Notes: generated from the sequence alone by a model not told the origin. Counted from the first letter of the whole stretch, positions 44,430 through 56,221 are shown. The stretch is DNA of 63,941 nucleotides, filler included, from Craspedostauros australis (GCA_030167865.1; 17 parts of 17 records of this genome joined end to end with filler, not necessarily neighbours in it); one strand, 5' to 3'. A program made the numbers and translations.

Positions 44430-47225
44430 TCAAGCGGCATGGCCGGCTGTTGTGTTGCGACCGGCGACTCTGCCCCCGTGCATTGATGTCGCCATTTGCT
44501 GCCAGGATGGCGAGACATTGTGCAAACTCTCAGTCGATTTCAGCGGATCTGCGTCGTCCCAATTCACCCCGTCACCTTCTCTTTCGTCCGCAGCTGCCGC
44601 CTCCAAGGATTCCATCTTCACGTACTTATCCCAGTAGTCCTTCAGGATCTCCTCCCCGCGTTGTTCCCATTCGATGCGGTTGGCCTCCGCGTGGGTCAGG
44701 TACTCGTTCGATGTCACGCCAAGGACGTTGCAGGTCTTCAACCGCCTCGCCAGAGGGATGACGTAGAAGTCGAAGAACTTCATTTCACCTTCGTACCAAT
44801 CCTTCGATGGATCCTTCGTGATGTGTCCATCCCGGAAGGCCTTGTACATTTCTTGGAACAACCGTTCGTTCCATTTGATGTACGTGTGCCAATGCTGCAT
44901 GGTGTGTGCAACATCCGCCGCCTGCAGGAAGTGCTCGTACACTACCGTGGCCTGGAGGTCGGTGTGGTTGTCAGGATGAGAGATGGATGTCCTTGATCGG
45001 ATGGATGTCCTCGATGCGGTGGATGCTTGTGATGAAGCTGATGCTCTGCCTGTATTAGGCGCGGGCATCGCATCTGGTGGATTCTCACCACCGTCCTCCA
45101 TCACGCCATCAGCCTCCCCAGCAGCTTCAGTTGCAACTGCGGCGGCTGCGGCCGCGGCGTCTGCGGACACCGAGGAACGAACGGATTCGTTGTTGAATGC
45201 GGTCTCCCACCGTTTCTTTCTGTGCAGGTTCAGTTTCTTGTCCATGATGTCCGTGGCCATGACAGCTTGGACGACGAGCTGGCGGAATCGACCCAGCTCT
45301 GCTTGATCGGTGTAGATACATGCTCTGAGCTTGGTGAACTGTGGTTCCATCAGCAGGTTCCATGCCAAGTCAACGGAATGCTGTTCGGCGATGGACTTGT
45401 TGTTGTAGAGCTTGGCGATGGTGTGCTGATGCTCCGTCAGCGTGGAGTTGGGAACACCGAGATGATCGACGTCGTGCACCAATGCGGAGAAGACGGCCGC
45501 GAATTGGACCAACGGATCGGAACTGAGACCTTCGATGACGGGAAGGTTGGGCTCTTCGAGATCGCCGCTCGAGATGCGCGAGAACAGGATCCGGAGACCC
45601 TGCACCACATGGCTGGCGTGCGCGAAGGAATGGAAGTCGTTCTGACGGTAGAGGCCGGCGACTGTTCTGACGAAGTCGGTCAGCTGCACCAGGACGTCAT
45701 GGGAGAGATCGAAGGCTTCCATATCGCGACGACGGGTGGAAGAGATTGCATCGTTTTTGAATGGCAAGAAGTTGCGAACTTCATTGATGGTCATTGCCCC
45801 GAACGGCTGCTTGATGTCCATGTTCTCGATCATGGCAACGTAACCACTTCGTCCATCGCGCGAAGCTACGAGCTTCTTGAGGAGCTGCTCCAGGACCTTC
45901 ACGTTCCACTCGATGTGGTGCTCCAGTTCCAATCCGCGCGTGGATTCGGCATTGTCGACAGCTGGATGGACGGCAGCCTCGTTGGGGCTGTCCTCGGAGT
46001 TTGCATCGGAGAGGCGATCGTTGGGACTAGAAGCGGAGGACGGTTCGCCCTTCAAGACGCCCCAGTACGTCTTCATCTCGCCCTTCCCCTTTGCGGTCAC
46101 CACATCCTCACGAGGACGGACCCAGGCGCTCTTGCCGTGCTTCACAATCTCATCTGCTGTATCCTGTGACATGTGGATACGATTGGGAGCTCCGGAGCTT
46201 TCGACTCGAGCGGCCGTGTTGACGGTGTCGCCGAAGAGCTGGAATCGTGACTTCTGTCCTCTCAGCACCCCGGCTGTGACAGAACCTGAGTGCATGCCGA
46301 ATCGCATGGACAGCTCCGCCGTGTCGGGACCGAGTGAGCCGGCGAGATGATGCACGATGTCGTTCATCTTGGCGAGGCAGTGACGGCAGAAGCGGAACAT
46401 GACGATGGCATGGTCATTCCTGGGCTCCGGTAGGCCGCACGCGGCGACGTAGCAGTCGCCGATGGTCTCAACCTTGAAGACCCCCATGCGGACCGCAATC
46501 TTGTCGAATGCGTTGTAGATAGACTCGAGGAGGGTGAAGACTTCGACTGGTTCCCGTGTGCTGGACCATGCCGTGAAACCGACGATGTCGGCGAACAGCA
46601 CGGTGGCGCTCTCGAAGAAGTCCGCAATTGGGCTTGAGTGAGAGTTGCCTCCATTTGCAAGTTGCGCCTCGTGGTCGTCGGGATGGCGATGGCCGTTGCC
46701 GATGCGGAATGCATCCAGCCGCTTGCCTTGATTGGGCTTGGTGGTGTCCGGCCCTTCGTTGTCGAGCAGACGGTCGCGGACATTCTCAGGGAAGAGGCTG
46801 CTGACGATGGCGTGGGACTTGGTGGCCGTGGTCAGCACCTTGTTTTGACGCTTCTCCACCACCTGATCGTACAAGATGAAGAACATTGCTGTCATGAAGA
46901 AGATGAGCACCACGACGACCGTGTTGATGATGGCTTCGCTGTCCCTGTAGGTGTCGCGGAATTCCGTGGATGGGTAAAGATGGAAGGAGTACGTGCACTC
47001 CTCTGTGCTTCGGAAAGCAGTGAACTTGGTGGAGACCTCCAAGTAGTTGTAGGTCGTCTCATGAAGGTCGCCTGTTCCCAGGTATTCAACCCTGGGTCCA
47101 TCGATGAGGTAGGTGAGGGATTGATCGCAGGTATTGCGGACGACCATGTAGATGCCGTCGATGTCTTCAGGGACGAGGTTGAGGAAGTAGTTGTGCCAAG
47201 GCATTTGGGCTGTCAGCTGGCCCAC
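44430..47225 (-). CDS. Receptor-type class III guanylate/adenylate cyclase - phosphodiesterase fusion (5'-partial)
   Basis: TM helix, then FADIVGFT, KVETIGDCY, RFGMHSG and RFQLFGDTVNTAAR. PDE motifs FHSFAHA, HDVDH.G..N, EQHS, ATD and ADVAH. Confidence 0.93.
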   Translation of the reverse strand: MGQLTAQMPWHNYFLNLVPEDIDGIYMVVRNTCDQSLTYLIDGPRVEYLGTGDLHETTYNYLEVSTKFTAFRSTEECTYSFHLYPSTEFRDTYRDSEAIINTVVVVLIFFMTAMFFILYDQVVEKRQNKVLTTATKSHAIVSSLFPENVRDRLLDNEGPDTTKPNQGKRLDAFRIGNGHRHPDDHEAQLANGGNSHSSPIADFFESATVLFADIVGFTAWSSTREPVEVFTLLESIYNAFDKIAVRMGVFKVETIGDCYVAACGLPEPRNDHAIVMFRFCRHCLAKMNDIVHHLAGSLGPDTAELSMRFGMHSGSVTAGVLRGQKSRFQLFGDTVNTAARVESSGAPNRIHMSQDTADEIVKHGKSAWVRPREDVVTAKGKGEMKTYWGVLKGEPSSASSPNDRLSDANSEDSPNEAAVHPAVDNAESTRGLELEHHIEWNVKVLEQLLKKLVASRDGRSGYVAMIENMDIKQPFGAMTINEVRNFLPFKNDAISSTRRRDMEAFDLSHDVLVQLTDFVRTVAGLYRQNDFHSFAHASHVVQGLRILFSRISSGDLEEPNLPVIEGLSSDPLVQFAAVFSALVHDVDHLGVPNSTLTEHQHTIAKLYNNKSIAEQHSVDLAWNLLMEPQFTKLRACIYTDQAELGRFRQLVVQAVMATDIMDKKLNLHRKKRWETAFNNESVRSSVSADAAAAAAAVATEAAGEADGVMEDGGENPPDAMPAPNTGRASASSQASTASRTSIRSRTSISHPDNHTDLQATVVYEHFLQAADVAHTMQHWHTYIKWNERLFQEMYKAFRDGHITKDPSKDWYEGEMKFFDFYVIPLARRLKTCNVLGVTSNEYLTHAEANRIEWEQRGEEILKDYWDKYVKMESLEAAAADEREGDGVNWDDADPLKSTESLHNVSPSWQQMATSMHGGRVAGRNTTAGHAA

Positions 47226-47474
47226 NNNNNNNNNNNNNNNNNNNNNNNNNNNNNNNNNNNNNNNNNNNNTTAATTAATTAANNNNNNNNNNNNNNNNNNN
47301 NNNNNNNNNNNNNNNNNNNNNNNNNTGGCAACAACCCTCCCTCTCCAACCTCCTTGCCTGCTGTGGTTCATTTCATCCCATCATCAACCTTGCACCTCCT
47401 TGCTTATCATTCGCAGCATCCCCCATACTGCCTTCTTCTTCCAGCTTGCCTTCTTCGATACGTCACCTTCATCA

Positions 47475-48347
47475 ATGGCATCTTCTCTTCCACCTGATGC
47501 TCCCAATGCCAATGACGACTTGCCCACAGCTTCCACTCCAGTTGCAACAACCGGCCATGGCAATGTCTCTCCATCCCAGCAGCTTCATCCCTTTGGACAT
47601 GTTTTGGATGATGGAATGGGTGATGCAGGCAAATACACCCATGAAGAAGAAGGAGATGGCATCTGTGTCAACAGTGATGACGAGGGTGCAGTGCCTACAG
47701 TGGTGCCTCCAGATCCTGTTGGTGATTTTGGAGTCCAACCATGCTCGCTTCCTGGCTACAGCCATTGCATCGTCCTCCCTCCCAAGAAGGGGAGTCAGGA
47801 GATCTCTGTGGAGTGGAAGGTGCTCTCGGCCTACGACCATGCAACAAAAGTGACTGTTGGAGAAACGCACAAGCTCGCTCTCCTCCATGCAAAGGAAGAG
47901 ATTTGTTCACTGCGAACAGCTGTCTTGCAACGCTTCCCCAAGAGTCCTCCTGGGTCTCCACCATACATGCCAACACCCCATGACTTGATCCACGATGTGC
48001 TGGGTCTCACATCTCCCATTTTCATCCGTGCATTTGGCCCAAGCGGGCTGGATTTCTCATATCCTGAGTACATGGAGTTCCTCTATGCCATCACATCACA
48101 GATGGTGGAAGGCTGCACCATTCGTTGGCTCTATGATGGCGGCAATGCTGCCACGCTTCCCAGCTTTCCCACCAGACAGCACTACATTAATCTCTGGGAT
48201 CGTATTCAACGCAATGGAAACCCTGTCTCTCGGACTGGCCATCGCTTTGTTTGGACCGAATTGGAAAGGGCTTTCAACATGACGCTTGAGATTCTTTGTC
48301 TTCGTCATCGTTGCCCGAATCGGATCGTCACATTGGATGATGACAAG
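47475..48347 (+). CDS. Possible piggyBac-like transposase, N-terminal part (runs off contig)
   Basis: Ends at W..LE.AFN...VTLDDDK, resembling the approach to the first catalytic Asp of piggyBac-like transposases. The sequence looks CpG-poor. The rest of the catalytic domain is not visible. Confidence 0.38.
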
Positions 48348-48447
48348 NNNNNNNNNNNNNNNNNNNNNNNNNNNNNNNNNNNNNNNNNNNNTTAATTAAT
48401 TAANNNNNNNNNNNNNNNNNNNNNNNNNNNNNNNNNNNNNNNNNNNN

Positions 48448-48814
48448 CATGAAGATCATGGATACTGAAGGTGAACTTCAAATGGTAAGTACTCATGGAG
48501 TAGGAGCCAGTACTGAATGAACGGAGTGTCGGATGCGGAGTACGCATCGAACACGGAGTATCATGCAGTACAAGCACACGATGTTGAGAGAGAGAGAGAG
48601 AATACAGAGAGGAGCGAGAGAGCATCTCGCGTACCGACTCATAGTCGGACGACCGAATCTGCGAAACAGATTGAAGCGCCGAGAGCATCGGGCAAGACAA
48701 CTGGTGTACACCGAGAGGATCAGAGTAGCCAACGTAATGAAATAGCAAACAGACGACTATCAACCAACACCATCTTCCACGATCGTAGGTTACCGTGAGC
48801 GGAACTTGCCAACA
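48448..48814 (+). repeat. 5' LTR (3' part) of copia B
   Basis: Matches the distal half of the solo LTRs and ends GGAACTTGCCAACA. Confidence 0.9.
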
Positions 48815-48896
48815 CGTTTATAAACGATAGATCAGGGCGAGCCCGCGGATCGTATCGTGCGAGGAAGACGAACATCATTCAAGAGCAGCAAGCTGA

Positions 48897-51800
48897 ATGA
48901 GCGGGGAAGAGGAATTGAAAGACATTCCTCTGTCCAATCCGGCTATCAAGAGAGAAGAAGGTGCAAGTGAGACTCCACCACGAGAAGAGAAGGAAGCAGC
49001 CGCGACTACTGTCCTATCAGGCGCACACGCAAGCGCAATCAACAAGACCGAAGAAGAATGGTCTGCAAGACTACACCGCGAGGAGAAGAGGATTCTCAAG
49101 ACGGTCAAGCAAGAGGAGACTGGTGTGACGAAGAGCATTCCCACAGCCAAACAGGGTGGGAAAAGTGAGACACCACCAGGAGGAGAATTTGTGAGCAAAT
49201 CAATCCTCGCGAAACAACAAGCGGAAATCGAAAAAGTGACAACACAGAAACAGATGGAAATCAAGGGCGCGAGCGCACCAACAACGAAACAACGAATCAA
49301 CATGGCGACATCAGCCAACATGAACAAGCGACGTATCAAGGCGTCGATGTTCAGCGGTGAACAGGAAGACTACAGCGCATGGGAGTCCCAAGCAAAGGCA
49401 TACGCTCATACACAGAAGACAAGAGACGTGATGTTGGGCAAGACGAAGATTCCAACAGTGAGTGAGATCGCGGCAGCCACCGGCGAAGTCAAGGAAGCGA
49501 TGGAGGAGATATACGAACTGGGATGCGACTGCTTCAGTGATCTGATCCTCATGATGGATGCAGAGAAAGGAAAGGGCAAGCAGGCCATCCAATACATCAA
49601 CCAGTGCGTCTCCGACGATTATCCCGAAGGAGATCCACACGCAGCGTGGAACGTTCTCGCGGAGAAGTTCCGTCCATCTGACGCAGCAACGAAGATCAAA
49701 CTCAAACGTCAATTCAACAACAAAAAGATGAAGAAAGACTCGGACCCCGACATCTACATCACGCGACTCGAGGGTCTACGCTCGCGTCTCCACGATGTCA
49801 AGTACAAGATCACGGACGAGGAGATGATCATGCAAATCCTCAGCACGGTGAGCAGCGAATACAGAACTCACATCGTGAACTTTCATCATCAACTCACGTT
49901 TAATCCGGAACTGGTTACCATCAACACGATCAGAGGAGTACTCCGCACTGCATACGCCACGCACAGAGGAGGCAAGGCGTACATCGACGACTTCCAAGAC
50001 AGCAACACGAAGAGCAACGACACCAGCTTCACAAGCACCGGTAACTTCAAGGGTACCTGCCACAACTGTGGCGTGTATGGTCACAGATCTGCTGATTGCC
50101 CAGAACGCAAGAAATCGAACAACAAGAACAACAACAACAACAACAAGATGAACGGAAAGCGCAACAACAATCGCAACAAAGGAAGTAGCTTCAACGGGAA
50201 GTGCAACTACTGTGGCATCTTCGGACACCGCGAGGCAGAGTGCCGAAAGAAGAAGTTCAACGAGAAGAAGAAGGCCGACGAGCAGGCCAACACAGCAACA
50301 GAAGGACACGACAAGAGCGGGCACGAGATGGTACTCTCGGCAAAGGACATGCCGCTCTGCATGTTGGTGTCCGACGACTACATCGAAGACTCCTTATTCG
50401 ATAACTTCGAGTACGTCGGGAATGACGACGAAGTGCAGGACGATGAGATCGTCCTGGAGTGGCTCAGCGAGGAGCCAATCATCCACGAGGTGGATCCAAG
50501 ACGCGAAGTGAGCTACGAATGCTGCTTCAACGCGCACGACCTGATCGGACCATACGGCGACGAAGCCGAGATGGGCAACGAGGCCATCGATAGCGACATC
50601 GAAGAAGCCATGAGTGAAGAGGCCGACAACGAGATCAACGACAATGATAGAGGCCGAGACGAAACGAACGGCGGCGCAGCACCGCCTCCTCCAGTGGCGG
50701 GGAACAACAGATCGGGTATCTTCGACAAAGATGACAGCGACGAAACCGAGGATCATCCGGACGACAGCTTCAATCCAAACGAGCGTGTCGTCTATCCAAG
50801 AGACATCGACTTCCCATCGATTGGGAATCCCAACGAATCAAACTACCTCCATCGTCATGACACCATTCCGTACGGAACGGAAACAGCATTGATAATCCAG
50901 AAGAAACTCATCTTCGATGCTGTGATGGAAGCAGGGGTGAAACTGTTCCCAGGAGTCGCACAAGGAGTGCTGAGACCAATATGGGTAAACATGATGGGAT
51001 CGATCCTATCCGAGAACTTCAGATCAATCGAAGAGATCCTCGCCAATTCGGTTGTCATCAATCGCATACTGGAAGCGGCTGAGACAGAGACAATCCCAGA
51101 GACGGATCTTCATTACATCCTTGGAGGGTGCATGCGTGTGCTCTTGCGCGAACGACCACGCGTCAACCCTTACGATCCAGCCACAGGATCACATCGGAAC
51201 AACACAATCCCGTCGGACTACGCACAATTACCCGACGACATGGACGATGAGGACCACCGCCATCCATACAACGAAGATGGAGTTCACGAGGATGAAGACG
51301 ATGAGAACTTCGATGACGAGATACCTGCGGCAGCCGTGGAGCAGCTCCACGAGCTGAGCACCAGATACAAGGACACTTGGCTCGCCGACAGCGGAGCTTC
51401 GTGTCACATCGTCAATTCAGACACCGCTCTCTTCAATGTGCGGCACATCAAGTCCTTCGTCCAAGTGGGAGATAGCACGAAGCTGGACTCTCCCAAAATG
51501 GGATCCATTCGCTTAAAGGTCAAGCAACGAGACAACACTGGCCACATCATCCGGCTCGATGATGTGAAGTACACACCAAAAATGGCAGTGAACCTTTTCT
51601 CCACGAACAAGGCTCTGTACAACGGTTACCAGCTTGGTAACAACGGCATTCTGATGGACATCATCAACGGATCCGGAATGAAGATCGTATTCGACCGAGT
51701 CTTCCCCACATCCAACGGATTCATCACAGGAGTGCAGATGTATCCCATCATGCCAACGGACGACGACAAGGCTTGCACAGCTATCATCAAGAATCCATCC

Positions 51801-53006
51801 AAGGAGATCAGCGCAGTGAACTTGCATCGAATGCTCGGCCACGCGCCACTCGAAACCATGAAGCGGACGGCCGCTCAGTACGGATGGAAGATCATTGGCG
51901 AGATGCCGGTATGTCGCGACTGCGCGGTCGCGAACGCAAGAGTGAAAAACATCCCGAAGGCAACCATTCCAAGAGCAACTCGCCGCGGCGAACGACTCTT
52001 CATTGACATTAGTTACACTAAACACATAAGCTTCGGAGATAAACGCTACTGGACCCTGATCGTGGACGACTGCACGGATCACTGCTGGAGTTTCTTTCTC
52101 AAGAACAAAAGTGATCAACCAGGGTACATCAAATGATTCGTCCAAACGATCAAATCACAGACTGGTGATCAACAAATCATCTTCAGAGGTGACAACAGCG
52201 GAGAGAACAAATCCACGGAGGATACTCTCATCGATGCAGGACTCAACGTGAAATTCGAATTCACGGCATCGAACACGCCGCAACAAAACGGCAGAGTGGA
52301 ACGCAAGTTCGCGTATCTCTACACCAAGATCCGCTCCATGCTCAATGGAGCACAGCTCGACGAAGAGTATAGGCATGGCCTGTGGGCAGCAGCTGCGAGC
52401 ACTGCCACCGCCATCGCCAACATCACCATAGCGAAGAATCAGAAGGAGTCACCACATCGACAATTCTTTGGCAGCGATCCACCATATGCGGATGCACTCC
52501 GCACATTTGGAGAAGTGGGTGTTGTGAAGACTACCTACGGCGGGATCACCGCTAAACTCAAGAACAGAGGAGAAGAGATGGTGTTCATCGGATATGCACA
52601 CCAACACGCATCAGGGGTCTACAACATGTACAGACCANNNNNNNNNNNNNNNNNNNNNNNNNNNNNNNNNNNNNNNNNNNNNNNNNNNNNNNNNNNNNNN
52701 NNNNNNNNNNNNNNNNNNNNNAACATATCCAACGAAACAGGAACAACGGACGCAGACGGCTTCACAACCATCGGACGGAAGGGAGCAACGCCAAGAACGG
52801 CAACGCGTCAAACATCGGAAGCGAAGAGAGTATCTTTCGCTGCCAGTAACAGATACTACATCCTATCAGACAGCGATGATGAGGATAATGAGGACGACGG
52901 AGCAGTGACTCAACTAATCCAAAATGACGAGGAAGATCGGAGCGAATCCAATCATGAAGATGATGAGATCCTACCATCCGGCGACGAAGCCGACGATGAC
53001 ACAGGC
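48897..53006 (+). pseudogene. gag-pol: Copia B gag-pol with a premature TGA at 52134-52136 inside integrase
   Basis: The 1079-aa ORF continues in the same frame after the stop (FVQTIK..IIFRGDNSGEN..PQQNGRVERK). The stop aligns to Arg in copia A. Confidence 0.9.
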
Positions 53007-53106
53007 NNNNNNNNNNNNNNNNNNNNNNNNNNNNNNNNNNNNNNNNNNNNTTAATTAATTAANNNNNNNNNNNNNNNNNNNNNNNNNNNNNNNNNNNNNN
53101 NNNNNN

Positions 53107-53688
53107 CGCATCCACGATGGCCGAGAGATTGCCACCTGCATTGAATTGGTCGTACTTTCCCTTTCCATAGTGACATGGATGCGAGTCAGCCCGTCGCTTG
53201 TTTGATGGCATGGGTGATTCATTCTGTACAGAGTGAGCAATTGCGGATGTGTCAGTTTGAGACGGCGGAGATGATGGGGGCGGCGATGGTGACTTGGTTG
53301 CGCCATCATTCAATCTATGCAAGAAACGGTCCACCAATGCTGATTTGCCCGTCCCTGAATAGCCGTGGATGAGAACGACCTGTGCATCCTTGTTGCTATC
53401 GGCACTACTGCTGTCATCACGTGTGGGCTTCGTCAGTGGTTTGCGACATATGCGGCCGTAGATCGAATTCAATCGTTCCAGCTCATCTTCGCGTCCCACG
53501 AAGGTGTTGAGCCGCAGTTGATCCCACTGTTCGTCATCGTCATCGTTGCCATCGTCGTCGTCACCGAAGGTGTGGTTGTCGTCGTCGTAGATACTGTGCT
53601 TGGGATCATCGGTAGTGTCTGTGCCTGGATGTGATGAAGCGTACGTTTGATCATCCGTCTGCTCACAGGGAGTTGTTTTGTCTGCCAT
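53107..53688 (-). CDS. N-terminus of a STAND/AAA_16-type ATPase (partial)
   Basis: FVGREDELERL, Walker A GYSGTGKS and GKYDQ. Confidence 0.85.
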
Positions 53689-55460
53689 GGTGCTTGATGC
53701 CTTGTCGATCGATGGTTTCGAATGGTGCGAAGTATTGCGGGGTCTGATGTTGCGAGACCCGACGGATTATACCGACACTGTCTTGAAAGAGCGTGTTGGT
53801 ATTGGCACGTGGATGTATTTGTGTATGAATGAAGTGGCAACGGTCTCTCTCTCTCTGAAGCGAGGACGTTGGCACGTTCAGCTGCAAGGATGAAGAGCCG
53901 GGGAATGCGATGTGAGTGCTGGTGCTCTCCTTCGTGACAACAGACTGTTGGCAGGGATGTTCGCAAGCACTATGTCGTTTCTGGTCACGGCCTTCAAGGC
54001 ATCACGATGGCGCCGCGCAAGTTTGGACACTGCTGTTCCAGCAACCCGAAATGGCTCCAGGTGGACAGCGAAGGAGGCACGAGAGACACTTGGAAACGGT
54101 AATGAATGTCGCAGTGTTCTTCGTTGGTGCTTTGGATGGAGAATGGGTCATGGATGGACACAAGCGAAGTTCTGAACGGCTATTGCGAACATTTATGGTG
54201 ATTAGGCAATGTGCCACATAACGTTTGTTCCGAGTGTTCGCGAATGTCGGCGACCTACGAGAACAAGACAGGTTCCAACCAATGCACAAACTGGCTTGTT
54301 GTATTTGAGTTATTCAGCATGCCCGCAACGACAACAACATGTTGACGTGGAAAAGTCCGTCGCTGAACCGAACACGGATTGGCCATCAACACAGAATGTT
54401 CGACATGGCGAGACTGATGTGATCCAATCCTGCTAAGGTCAATCTGAACAACATGGCTCCCAGTGTTCGAAGCCCATGCCCGCACTGCAGGTGTCTTTGC
54501 TGTTGTTCTCCTGTTGATGTTGAGCACTTGATCTTGCTCATGTTCTGCACAACAAGAGTTCAGAACAAGCAGTCCTCCGACATTGCCATGCAACAGATCC
54601 AACAAGAAGAATCATCAGCCATTTCACGGAGTAACACGACCCAAGATAGAGAGAAGATACCACTAACGAACCAGTACCACAAGACGATTTGCTATGTTGG
54701 TGAAGTAGTGTTGAATAAATTGTATTATACCGTAGCTCCACAATCGCTACCATTGAGGTCGCGGATCCTTCCCAAATCACAGAGAAGCATGAAAAATACA
54801 CTAAGTCCCATCCTGTTCCGTGCGAAGAAGAACACAGAACACAACAGAACACAGCACCTCCATTCAACGGCACAAATAACCATTCAGACACGATCTGATA
54901 CAACGCCACGTATACCACAACACCCCTTTTCCACACAGAACAACAATCTCCTTCAACACACCAAACCAGACTTAATCTGTCCGAATGACCACAACACCAC
55001 CTCACTTATGCTCCGTTCCGGCTTCTTCCTCCGCTCCGTCTTGGTTGCGAAGTGCCGCAATCGTCGTTTGTCAACGACACACAGGCTGCGTACTTCTGCA
55101 ACTGCACGCGCAGAAACACAACAGTATCGCACACATCCACGGAGAATTACGCACAATCGGATAATCGCAATGGAACTCCTCCGTGACCTTCGGATAAAAC
55201 GGCACATCTTCTTCTCCCGTCTGTTCTCCCTCGCGTAACTCACCGATTACGGGAACGCAAACACGTGGTAATGGTGTGCGCTGACGGTAACACGATGACG
55301 CCACCACACAACCACACGACCACAAATCAACACGGAAGTCAACACGATGTCCCAACCGCACCTTCCTGAATTCCGCCAACTCCATCTCATAAAACCAAAT
55401 CACCATCCACCTCACTCCAACTTCCTTCGAATCAACCCAACTTGACACAACAATACAACC

Positions 55461-55828
55461 ATGCCAGCCTCAATCGCAATGCAACCAACCAACACCACCA
55501 CCACAACCAACAACAATAACAAGAGAAAGAACACAAGGAAGAACCATGGCAAGTCCGTCGCCTTCCATCAAACTGTCAGAGTCAAGGAGATCATCCACAT
55601 CAACGACTACGCCAACGATGAGATCGATGCTTGCTGGTGCTCAAAGCAGGACAAGATCCACACCAGACAAGACATCGCCAACACTCTCAGACAGCACAAC
55701 AGCAACAGCAACAGTAGTACCAACAACAGCGATCTCGACATTCGCGGCCTGGAATGCCGCACCAAGCAAGGATCTCAACAGAGACGAGCGGACCGCGATG
55801 AATCCATCTCCGCTGTCCTCGATGAACA
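55461..55828 (+). CDS. Diatom-type hypothetical protein (KxVxF...W...RGLE...AVLDE family), partial
   Basis: KSVAF, EI.ACW, RGLE and AVLDE form a pattern recognisable from an expanded diatom family of unknown function. Confidence 0.65.
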
Positions 55829-55928
55829 NNNNNNNNNNNNNNNNNNNNNNNNNNNNNNNNNNNNNNNNNNNNTTAATTAATTAANNNNNNNNNNNNNNNN
55901 NNNNNNNNNNNNNNNNNNNNNNNNNNNN

Positions 55929-56221
55929 GAACGGAGTGTCGAATACGGAGTACGTATCGAACACGGAGTATCGTGTGCGACGAGCACACGATGTTGAGAG
56001 AGAGAGAGAGAGTACAGAGAAGAGCGAGAGAGCATCTCGCGTACCGACTCATAGTCGGAGACTGAATCTACGAAACATATTGAAGCACCGAGAGCATCGG
56101 GCGAGAGAACGGCGTACACCGAGAGCATCGGAGTAGCCAAGTAATGAAATAGCAAACGAACGACTATCAACCAACACCATCTTCCACGATCGTAGGTTAC
56201 CGTGAGCGGAACTTGCCAACA
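55929..56221 (+). repeat. LTR family B, 3' part (3' LTR or solo LTR)
   Basis: Highly similar to 48520-48814 and not followed by the palindromic 12-mer. Confidence 0.9.

Larger units (their letters stand above)
48448..53006 (+). mobile_element. Ty1/copia family B, 5' half (LTR end, gag-insert-protease-integrase)
   Basis: LTR-B ends at 48814 and is followed by a leader and a single gag-pol frame with all motifs shared with copia A. Confidence 0.93.

Noticed and set aside
52134..52136. Programmed stop-codon readthrough in copia B integrase
   Set aside because: The stop lies mid-catalytic core and aligns to Arg in copia A, so CGA>TGA decay is the simpler explanation.
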